DNA of 64,000 nt from an uncultured bacterium (GTDB lineage: Bacteria > T1Sed10-126). The stretch is from positions 5,848 through 69,847 of the forward strand of contig CAZVWJ010000002.1 of assembly GCA_964631325.1 (NCBI GenBank), written 5' to 3'. Below the pieces are notes generated by a model that worked only from the letters and a program-made list of their open reading frames with translations, ran no database searches and was not told where the DNA came from. Both the position numbers and the translations under genes were made by a program. Below, one piece after another: positions 48,101 through 54,345 of this stretch. Within the stretch, counting starts at the first letter, position 1, and every line of letters begins with the position of its first letter.

Positions 48101-49201
48101 GCGGGGGCCGGTTTGTATGCATTAAACAGGCAGAATTTACAGATCCGCGATCTGGCAGTTAAAAATTCTTATCGCAATATCTACTGGGATGGAGTTACTT
48201 ATTCCAATATCGACAACGTCCGGGTTACAAATAGCGGTTACGTTGGTGTAACCCTGCTGGGCTCCGATACTAACGTAATTAAAAACAGTGACCTTTCAAA
48301 CAATTACGGCTACGGGATTTCATTCAATTCTGCCAACGATAATCAACTTAGAAATTCCAGCTTAACTTCAAATTATAATGATATTGAAATTAATTCCAGT
48401 TCTGACAATACAATAAGCGAAAATCACCTGACCGGGTCAGGGGCTGATGCTATCATTCTCTCTGTAGCCAGCCAAAACAAAATTTCAAATAATGTCATTG
48501 AAAATAGCCAGGGTGATGGAATTTATATTGCTAATTCTCAATTCAATACAATCGTCCAGAATGAAATCAAGAATAACAACGATTACCAAATTTATCAGAC
48601 CGGGACCACCGGAGAGATAAATCTCGCCACCAAAAATAACATCGCTGCTTCGGCCACCAACCCCGACTCGCTGGCTTACAACGACGTTACTTCTGATACA
48701 ACCAATTTTACTTACAATTACTGGAACAGCACCGACTCCGCCGTCATCAGCAGTGGGTTAGCCGGCGCAGGAAATACTCTCCAGGTCCCCTATCTATTGC
48801 GTAAAGTAGATACCGGCGTCGGCGCCGACACTAATCCGCCCGCAATACCGGCTAATGTCGTTGCTGACACCGTAGCCGGAGGAACAATCACCATAAGCTG
48901 GGACGAGGTTACTACTAACCAGGACGGCAGCACCATTGGTGACTTTGAAAAATACACGGTTTACCGGCTCAGAGCAGATACAGTTACCGACATAAAGAAT
49001 AACTACAATGATGTAAGTTATACCTCCGGCGGTGCCACTGATACTTCCGTTACCAACTCCCCCGGTGGACTTGCTTCGGGGGATACTTACTATTATGTCA
49101 TCACTGCTATTGACAATCCTCTCACGGACGGTGGAGATGGGACCTCCGACTTTATAAACGAGTCCTATTTCAGCACTATGATTAGTGTAGTCGCCCCGTA
49201 A
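42140..49201 (+). CDS. Giant (2353 aa) secreted surface protein: PQQ-type beta-propeller followed by four tandem [right-handed parallel beta-helix + fibronectin-III] modules
   Basis: Signal peptide, then 8 or more PQQ-like blades (YALxxDGSEKWTF.TGG.I.SSPA). Four modules follow, each opening GPTWYVNDNDT.GDVYTSA.GS...GGP.DPFRTIS.A......GDTILVDAGTYGETVA and containing NxxxxN beta-helix rungs and an FN3 segment (Y.IYR......W......DTDY.DT.V.PG.TYYYRI.A.D). Confidence 0.8.
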   Translation: MTAKKQNIWFCLTAVFLLFWLVLPARSTDTLPEKYVSAGTDQLKEKQKYQLAGISFGPVEAVEEQVEELDNKANDYWIAHWQDNNCTGDASDPECAGVVNFPQKVLDYWKNHPHDRPDSWAVSVNSPSASTTSSSPDTVAETHSSPLWRAKTSGVLTSAPAVDEEGTVYFGSYDKKVYALYPDGSEKWTFTTGGAIHAAPALGAGDTLYVASEDKYLYALDTEAGNVLWKYKTAGRLHSSPAISSNGIIYVGCTDNKLYAIRPDSDGDDEGELAWTYTTGGRITSSPTLSADSTVYVGSWDKNLYAVRPDNSNDGEGELNWKVSTGGEIKSSPALGADGTIYFGSHDKHLYALNSDGTEQWSSNLEGAVWSSPVIGSDSTVYVGSWNGKLYALNHKDGSTEWTFTTGERIVASPLVGSKRIYVGSHDNTLYALNPDTPGGPGSWKFSTGEAIFAGTNLRDTSLYVVSGDNYLYALEADTSGLAQSSWPKFGGNHKNTGQTPEQLPEEYSGPTWYVNDDTTAGDVYTSAPGSNENPGSPDAPFLTISRALEAATTGDTIMIDAGTYGETVAIDTNSLALVGADSSPAGTVIDAGDSSAASKLIVLRSDTVTNLQIKNLRVANGYWGLILYNTDNSLVENVMATSNKSVGIGLVNGSEFNTLSEVSTSNNDSGGLTIDSANNLVKNSNFSKNGDDGLSIALSATANIVYNNLVSNNDQAGINVEGSDNEIRQNQIINNNLSTTSNDGGLELGDAENGEIAENNLVVRNLIKDNYNGIELRGTNQNLIHSNELVNNAYHLYLEDTATTFNDTFTKNNLTSAGDSLVMAVGFSGTEAKLLRNWWGMTDEIAIQSKIQGPLADAVVFQPYRLNKVDTGTGADTLAPATPVADTVAGSHSGIALSWNQVNTDENNNPLTDFAEYRIYKTTSGTETDWKNNALMVSSISSVSDTDYVDTSVTPGETYYYRITAVDSAPAENESFFSSTLIAQAKPWSGPTWYVNDNYTGDEIYTSTAGSDTNTGGPSDPFRTISEAMSHVAAEDTILVDAGTYGETVAFITDGLTLAGAGSTATSFDFGDSSTVTAAVGIYSDTHSGLLIKNLSIRNYMIGLSFSGVSASRVENVTVENCGESGMYLWNSGGVVFNQVVSRNNIFDGLTVDGSKNINVISSRFTGNDSNGLVFIQSDTALVKENHLTENSQAGLLLDNTSTSLASNNLITGNNSGMELIGGFFNEVIQNDIRNNTNYQVYNTTFDNLFRKNNLVASTTNPDSVVKDTSSGIDFIYNWWGTTAHTAIDTKLTGFGSYEPYRLGQVDTAPGADTMAFASPIVDTAVVLGSDTVEVRWQQITTNEEGSAMSADFNSYVIYRSTSDTVTDWKLYEIASLAGSMSDTDYIDTDVTPGQTYYYRITALDDHTLDGGDGTAKFDNESYFSSTIAATPTHSGPTWYVNDNDTAGDVYTSAVGSETHTGGPSDPFRTISEAMNHVSAGDTILVDAGTYGETVAIDTNSLALVGADSQSTIIDSPGANVNLYASNADNISIRKLGVQNSSVGIELDSITNSLVENVHVDTATNNSLYLYLSDSNTIRSSYFGQSDNDQVMLYTSSNNLIEHNMAENGWGRSYYLQASSNDNKIINNLARAGQSGIVVRGSDNVLVADNTIRDMSGFGISAQFYPVNLRVLRNTLYNVGSVNLELEADGCYVAQNTVDSPGSWAVQTNGGGTITKNNIYTGTILPDSGALNSGDSVVDLTRNWWNTTDENLVARKIYNSGAGTTIYSPYRLGLVDTGVGADTVAPATPVADTAFVVGSDTIEVRWQEVTADEDGSSLDFNRYNVHRSKYDTETDWLSNTSSKGSIMSAGDTSITDDNNLIPGQTYYYRVLAKDASSPANSSFFSDSMSVTLPAWNGPTWYVNDNDTTGDVHTSAVGSDSNTGGPDDPFRTISYALSQVSAGDTVLVDAGTYGATGETITLSVNDLALVGADSATTILDFGDTSPGAGAGLYALNRQNLQIRDLAVKNSYRNIYWDGVTYSNIDNVRVTNSGYVGVTLLGSDTNVIKNSDLSNNYGYGISFNSANDNQLRNSSLTSNYNDIEINSSSDNTISENHLTGSGADAIILSVASQNKISNNVIENSQGDGIYIANSQFNTIVQNEIKNNNDYQIYQTGTTGEINLATKNNIAASATNPDSLAYNDVTSDTTNFTYNYWNSTDSAVISSGLAGAGNTLQVPYLLRKVDTGVGADTNPPAIPANVVADTVAGGTITISWDEVTTNQDGSTIGDFEKYTVYRLRADTVTDIKNNYNDVSYTSGGATDTSVTNSPGGLASGDTYYYVITAIDNPLTDGGDGTSDFINESYFSTMISVVAP
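43669..49198 (+). repeat. Four tandem intragenic repeats of about 1.35 kb (module starts near 43669, 45111, 46449 and 47832)
   Basis: Nucleotide-level identity between modules, for example 46449-46680 against 43669-43900 and a near-identical 45-nt run at 45182 and 46520. This indicates recent internal duplication. Confidence 0.7.
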
Positions 49202-49268
49202 ACTAAAAAAATCTTCAAAAACAATCAAACTCTAATTTCTATAAATGTGTGCAGATGTTAGATGTTTG

Positions 49269-49457
49269 TTTAACCTAAATTGAGCGATTCTATGGTGAAG
49301 AGAAGAACATATTGCTCTCCGATGGATTTTTGTATTCTTTAGGGTTCAGGATGAACCCGTATTAAAGAATACATACCTCAGAGCAGTCCGGATGGCTGCG
49401 AGAATGAATCCGGAGAGTTATGTGTTCTTCGATAATAATCGCTCAATTTAGGTTTAA
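49269..49457. repeat. Nested-palindrome structured element of about 190 nt (candidate complex terminator, ncRNA or MITE) with perfect 20-bp terminal inverted repeats
   Basis: TTAACCTAAATTGAGCGATT at 49269-49289 pairs with AATCGCTCAATTTAGGTTTAA at 49437-49457. Inner complementary pairs include gaagaacatattgctctccg / cggagagttatgtgttcttc, gtattctttag..ttaaagaatac, ggttcaggatgaacc and tccggat..atccgga. A T-rich run follows. Confidence 0.6.
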
Positions 49458-49488
49458 TTATATTTTTCTTTTGTCAGGATAAATATTT

Positions 49489-50310
49489 ATGAACATTTTC
49501 AGTGACTTGCGTAAATTTCTCTTTATTGTATTGACTTTTCTTGCCTTTACAGCCCTTCCCGCCAGAGCACAATCTCCGGGCCATTTTACTCTCGGCTACG
49601 GAATCTCCAACTTTGAATACACAGAACCCAAGATGACGGAATCCGGCACACTCCAGCACCTGCAGGCAAAATACGAAAAATTTAAAGAACATCATTATAT
49701 TGGTATGGATGGCAACCTCTGGGCCGGTAACCTGAAATACGATGGAGAAACACTCGAAGAAAATCCTCGTCCTGTTACCACGGAAACTGATGATTTTATC
49801 CTTACAACGAATTTACGGGTGGGCACACCACAGCCTCGGAAAAGCGGAGTTCTTATTCCTTACCTGGGATTAGGATACAGGTACTGGAACAATGTAATCA
49901 CTGAAAGCAATATAACCGCTCGCACTGAACGAACCACCCAGTATTTCTACTCACCACTTGGTTTTCTACTGGCAAGCAATTCTGCGAGATTCGGCAAAAC
50001 AATTCTTAAAATGGAATATCTTTACTTCTGGGCGGGAAAAGTAACCACTCAATTTGGTAACGCACCAGAGTTAAATAATGACCAAAACCAGGGAAAAGGC
50101 GGAAGGATTGCGCTAACATTTTTACTCGGAGGTCAACAGAAAATTAGTCACAGCCTGAGTATATTTTTCAACTACTGGGACATTGAGCCTTCGGAATCCG
50201 ATTCTATCCTGGTGGATATCGATAACGACTCCACAAAGGAAAACGTGGCTTTTTATGAACCGGCCAACAGCACGGCAATTATCGGAGCTCAGTTAAATAT
50301 TACGTTTTAG
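49489..50310 (+). CDS. Outer-membrane beta-barrel protein (porin-like, 273 aa)
   Basis: Signal peptide (FIVLTFLAFTALPARAQ), amphipathic beta-strand periodicity and a C-terminal ...QLNITF ending in Phe. Confidence 0.6.
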   Translation: MNIFSDLRKFLFIVLTFLAFTALPARAQSPGHFTLGYGISNFEYTEPKMTESGTLQHLQAKYEKFKEHHYIGMDGNLWAGNLKYDGETLEENPRPVTTETDDFILTTNLRVGTPQPRKSGVLIPYLGLGYRYWNNVITESNITARTERTTQYFYSPLGFLLASNSARFGKTILKMEYLYFWAGKVTTQFGNAPELNNDQNQGKGGRIALTFLLGGQQKISHSLSIFFNYWDIEPSESDSILVDIDNDSTKENVAFYEPANSTAIIGAQLNITF

Positions 50311-51284
50311 ATATCCGCCGGATCAGCCGGTTCAACCTGGGAAGGCTTAATATTACTTAAAACCCGCTGAAGTCCCCGGACGTGTGCCCCCAATTGCCGG
50401 CGGGCCTTGAGGTTTGAGTGGGGATCATCACTGGCTTGGCTGTGCCGGACTTTAAGCCGGTCATATTCACTTCTGATTTTACTTAAGCGATCCCGGGGAA
50501 TTCCTTCCTTAATTATACTCTTGAGATGAGTATACAATTTCTTTGCCGCGCCGGCAGCAGCTTTTAAATCCGAGTAATCAACCGCATAGTCATAATCATG
50601 GTATTCGCTTTCATGCGGGGATTTAAACTTAATCTCGACCAGGCCCGCAGTTAGTATTTCCCGGGCCGTAGCCTGTAGTTCCTCGGCCATTTTTGGCGGT
50701 CGGACCTGCAAATCCTTACTCCTGGGAGTGGCCAGCAGGTTTTCTAATTTTTCTCCTGACATTTTCATCCCTTTGGAAAGACCGGCCACATCCGGGTTCA
50801 AAGTTTTGCATATATTTCTATGGCCCCGCCACTTTTCTTCTTCCAGAAAATGTAAAAGAAGCAGAGCTGCATCATAAAGTAAGTTTTGAGTGCTTTTCAG
50901 ACAGGCTAAATCTTCCGTTGTGACTCGTACCCGCCGGGACAAAACCTCAAGGATCTTCCGACGGAATTTGTGACTTTTTTTCAGCAGGTTATCGAACTGT
51001 TTTTCTCCAAGTCGCAAGCAAACTGTATCTATTCTGGCTTTGACCGCGGCTGACCGGTCAGATTCCTCTCCCAGCAGGGCCATTTCTCCGACCAGTTCTC
51101 CCGGCCCAAGGGAAGTTATAAAACTAACTTCATCATCTTCCTTGAGCACTTCCACAAGTCCCTCCTGGATAATATAAAAACTGTCCCCGTGGTCCCCTTC
51201 TTTAAATAAATATTCGTCGGGTTCATAGTTTTGCCGATACTCTTCAAAACCTTCAAGAAGTGAATTTTTCACTTGTCTCACCAA
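50307..51284 (-). CDS. Cyclic-nucleotide-binding domain protein with uncharacterised C-terminal domain
   Basis: N-terminal cNMP-binding fold (YLFKEGDHGDSFYIIQEGLVEV...GPGELVGEMALL...RSAAVKA). C-terminal roughly 200 aa have no recognised motif. Confidence 0.65.
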   Translation of the reverse strand: MVRQVKNSLLEGFEEYRQNYEPDEYLFKEGDHGDSFYIIQEGLVEVLKEDDEVSFITSLGPGELVGEMALLGEESDRSAAVKARIDTVCLRLGEKQFDNLLKKSHKFRRKILEVLSRRVRVTTEDLACLKSTQNLLYDAALLLLHFLEEEKWRGHRNICKTLNPDVAGLSKGMKMSGEKLENLLATPRSKDLQVRPPKMAEELQATAREILTAGLVEIKFKSPHESEYHDYDYAVDYSDLKAAAGAAKKLYTHLKSIIKEGIPRDRLSKIRSEYDRLKVRHSQASDDPHSNLKARRQLGAHVRGLQRVLSNIKPSQVEPADPADI

Positions 51285-51429
51285 CCTGAAAATCTAAATA
51301 TAAAATTACTCAGTCCCACTCATATATCGTCACGGTAAATGTTCTAACCTGATTACCCTCAAGTCAGCCTATATCGATAAAACAGTATATTTATATCATT
51401 TTATTCTGAATAAGTATAGGTGATTTTTA

Positions 51430-51573
51430 TCACATCAAAAACTTTCTAACGCACTGTCATTGCCGGGCTTGACCCGGCAATCCATAATTCAAAGATCGAA
51501 AGATCGATGGATTCCGGGTTTCCGGCGCTTCGCGCCTTCACCCGGAATGACGTTTTAGTGTCATTAGAAAGTT
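51430..51573. mobile_element. MITE/REP-like palindromic element, copy 2 (inverted relative to copy 1)
   Basis: AACTTTCTAAcgcacTGTCATTGCCGGGCTTGACCCGGCAATCC ... CCCGGAATGACGTTTTAGTGTCATTAGAAAGTT. The 29-nt and 16-nt termini are identical to the reverse complement of 10222-10325. It has extended inverted repeats. Confidence 0.5.
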
Positions 51574-51624
51574 CTGTATCACATCCAGGAAAAGTAAAAG
51601 GGAAAAGAAGAAAACAAAAGGAAG

Positions 51625-52686
51625 CTACCGTTCAAACCGATAGTTATTAACAGCCCAGCTAAATTCCCGGACTATCACCCAGACACTGGCGGCAACCGGA
51701 ATTCCGAGGATCATCCCAACTATACCGGCAAGCTGTCCCCCCCCAATAACCACGAGGATAACAATAAGTGGGTGGAGATTCATACTCTGGGAAAAAGAAT
51801 AGGGTTTAACAAAGATGTTATCAATCACCTGGACAACAACCATTACTCCTCCAACTGTAAGAATCGCCATTACATTTTCAGTTTCCATCAACTTGACAAT
51901 AATCGCGGGTATTGCTCCGGCCGCCGGGCCAATATAGGGGACTACGTTCGCTATTCCAACAAAAATTCCAATGGTGGTAGCATAAGGTACAGAAAATATT
52001 TTCAAACCAATTACACTTAACAGAGCTATAATAGCCGCTTCTATAGCCAGCCCGCGCATATACTGCCCAATCTTACGGTCAACTTTAAAATAAATGTTAT
52101 AGACCATTTCAAAAAACATATTGGGAACAGCACCAAGAAAAAACTTTTCCATTTCCCTTTGATCCCGAACAAGGAAAAAAGCTATGAACGGAATCACCAC
52201 CATATACTGAAGGACCAGGTATAAATTAATTAAGAATCCGGTAAGCTGACTAAGAATCCACTGGTAAGCCCGATCGAGGGGCGTCTGCAGAGTCCCCCGG
52301 GGCAAAAATCCAAAGGCACCTTCCAGGTCAGCAAGAAAATCATAAATCAGCTTTCTCAGGTTCTGTTCACTGAGTATTTCTTTCAGACTGACCGCCTGGC
52401 GCCAGAACAAAGGACTATAAAACACAATTAAAACGGTAATGACTAAAATGAGCAGTAAAAAAATAATTGTCGTAGACCAACTGCGAGAAAAACCCTGCAT
52501 TTCCAAATATTCCACGGCCGGCCTGATCAGGTAGGAAAAAAGGAAAGCTAGAAACGTCATTATTACGAGATGATACAACTGAGGAATAAGGTAAAAAGCC
52601 ACCCCGATGACAAAGAGTGGAAAAAGATAATATATAGTGTTAATTACACTCCGGGGAGTTATATACTTATTCTCCGTCTTTGCCAT
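51625..52686 (-). CDS. AI-2E family transporter (PerM/YhhT/TqsA-like)
   Basis: 353 aa, 8 TM helices, conserved GIANVVPYIGPAAGAIPAIIV segment of the AI-2E family. Confidence 0.8.
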   Translation of the reverse strand: MAKTENKYITPRSVINTIYYLFPLFVIGVAFYLIPQLYHLVIMTFLAFLFSYLIRPAVEYLEMQGFSRSWSTTIIFLLLILVITVLIVFYSPLFWRQAVSLKEILSEQNLRKLIYDFLADLEGAFGFLPRGTLQTPLDRAYQWILSQLTGFLINLYLVLQYMVVIPFIAFFLVRDQREMEKFFLGAVPNMFFEMVYNIYFKVDRKIGQYMRGLAIEAAIIALLSVIGLKIFSVPYATTIGIFVGIANVVPYIGPAAGAIPAIIVKLMETENVMAILTVGGVMVVVQVIDNIFVKPYSFSQSMNLHPLIVILVVIGGGQLAGIVGMILGIPVAASVWVIVREFSWAVNNYRFER

Positions 52687-53224
52687 CTTGTTCCCTTATT
52701 TCCCGCAGTTGCTGACGTAATTCAAGATTTTTCTCATTTGTTTCGTGAAGCCAATTTCCAACCCGCCGGGAAAGGTTAAACATCACATTTAGTGCACAGC
52801 GGGGATGTCGTTCAGAAAATTTTAAGAATTCCTGCCGGAATAATACCTGAATGGTGGCCGGAGTTTGAGCCCGAGCGGTCCCCGTACGCTTGTGCTCAAA
52901 ACAGAGGGCTAACTCCCCCAGGGAACTATTAGCAGTAAGAGTATTCAACTTTCCTTCATCCGCTGTCCGTTCGGCCTTGCTTACTTTTACTTCTCCCTCC
53001 TGGATTAAAAACAGTGCACTGGCCGGATCGCCTTCAGAAAATATAACTTCGTTTTTATTATACTGTCGTTCGTGAAGGAGCGTGGAAATCAACCGGCAAT
53101 CAGAAATCTTAAGCCCCTCAAAAATTTCAAGCTTCGAGAGAAGTCGCATCATTTCATCATCAGTTTCCCGGGAAAAGGAAAAATTTTCGTTCCACCAATC
53201 TTCCATCTGTTGCCAGACTGACAT
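52667..53224 (-). CDS. Stand-alone cyclic-nucleotide-binding domain protein
   Basis: 185 aa. VIFSEGDPASALFLIQEGEVKV...LGELALCF...RTGTARA cNMP-binding signature and a C-terminal coiled coil. Its stop overlaps the transporter start by 20 nt. Confidence 0.7.
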   Translation of the reverse strand: MSVWQQMEDWWNENFSFSRETDDEMMRLLSKLEIFEGLKISDCRLISTLLHERQYNKNEVIFSEGDPASALFLIQEGEVKVSKAERTADEGKLNTLTANSSLGELALCFEHKRTGTARAQTPATIQVLFRQEFLKFSERHPRCALNVMFNLSRRVGNWLHETNEKNLELRQQLREIREQDGKDGE

Positions 53225-53403
53225 TTTATACCCCCTTTTTGAAGAAAAAAATAAAAGTTTAACGCTCTCTAATAAACTTTAATTATTTAAATTTTATCAT
53301 CAGCACGAAAAATTATTTACTAATTTTTTAATGCCAGGCCAGATTTTTTAAGATTTTCTGTTAAGATTTAATCAATAAATAAATTTTCAAAATCAGGATT
53401 TCC

Positions 53404-54345
53404 GTGATGGTTAATTATTTCACTTCCCCCTCCCGGCTGTTTAGCGTTTTGTATGAATACTCTTATTTAACCCTGGAAATGTTGCCTCTACTTCTTTTTG
53501 GGGCAGCGGTTGGGGCCTGGTTACAGGTCATTGTTTCACCAAAATGGCTGCGCAAATTTTTCGGCGGAAAGGGATTTTTCCCCTTAATTGCCGCAACAGG
53601 GGCCGGGGCACTTTTGCCCGGCTGTGGCTGCATGACCGTTCCTCTGGGTAAAGGATTAAAGGACAAAGAAGAAATTCGCATTAGCACAGTAGCAGTCTTG
53701 CTTCTTGTCTCCCCTCTGCTCTCTCCCCAGACCATCCTGATCACCTGGGGGATGCTCGGCTGGAAATACTTGCTCGCTCGAATAATTGCTACTATAAGTG
53801 GGGGCCTTCTCCTGGGAACCACACTTGAATCAATTGGAACAGAATCAAATTCCGATTTATCAGAAAATGTCAGCCCAAACAACAATTGCAGACAAAATCA
53901 GCAAATTAACTGTCCGGCTACAAAAGAATCCGATGGGACAGGTTATAAATTCTGGATTAAGCTGAAAGACATCTTCAGCCTGGTCCTCCCTTATTTTTTA
54001 ATTGGGATGGGCCTGGCCGCCGCCATTGCGCTATTTTTACCTCCGGAGAGTATTCCAACCATGCTCGGGGGGGAATCTTCCGGGCTTGCCTATCTACTCT
54101 CCGCACTTGTTGGTATTCCCCTCTACGTCTGCGAGGGCCAGGAGGTTCCTTTTACCTATACTCTAATCAACCACGGACTGGGAGCCGGACCTTCCTTCAC
54201 TTTTCTTCTCGGTTCCATTGGTACCTGCATCCCTACCCTCAGCATGCTCCCCCGGGTGATTGGTCTGCGCTCGACAGTGATTTATACTATCTTCTGGCTT
54301 TGTTTCACACTCACCGCTGGCTTTCTCTTCGGTCTCTTTATTTGA
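53404..54345 (+). CDS. Predicted permease, DUF318/YraQ family
   Basis: 313 aa membrane protein with ALLPGCGCMTVPLGKGL, the Cys-containing loop typical of DUF318 permeases, and a duplicated half. Confidence 0.6.
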   Translation: MMVNYFTSPSRLFSVLYEYSYLTLEMLPLLLFGAAVGAWLQVIVSPKWLRKFFGGKGFFPLIAATGAGALLPGCGCMTVPLGKGLKDKEEIRISTVAVLLLVSPLLSPQTILITWGMLGWKYLLARIIATISGGLLLGTTLESIGTESNSDLSENVSPNNNCRQNQQINCPATKESDGTGYKFWIKLKDIFSLVLPYFLIGMGLAAAIALFLPPESIPTMLGGESSGLAYLLSALVGIPLYVCEGQEVPFTYTLINHGLGAGPSFTFLLGSIGTCIPTLSMLPRVIGLRSTVIYTIFWLCFTLTAGFLFGLFI

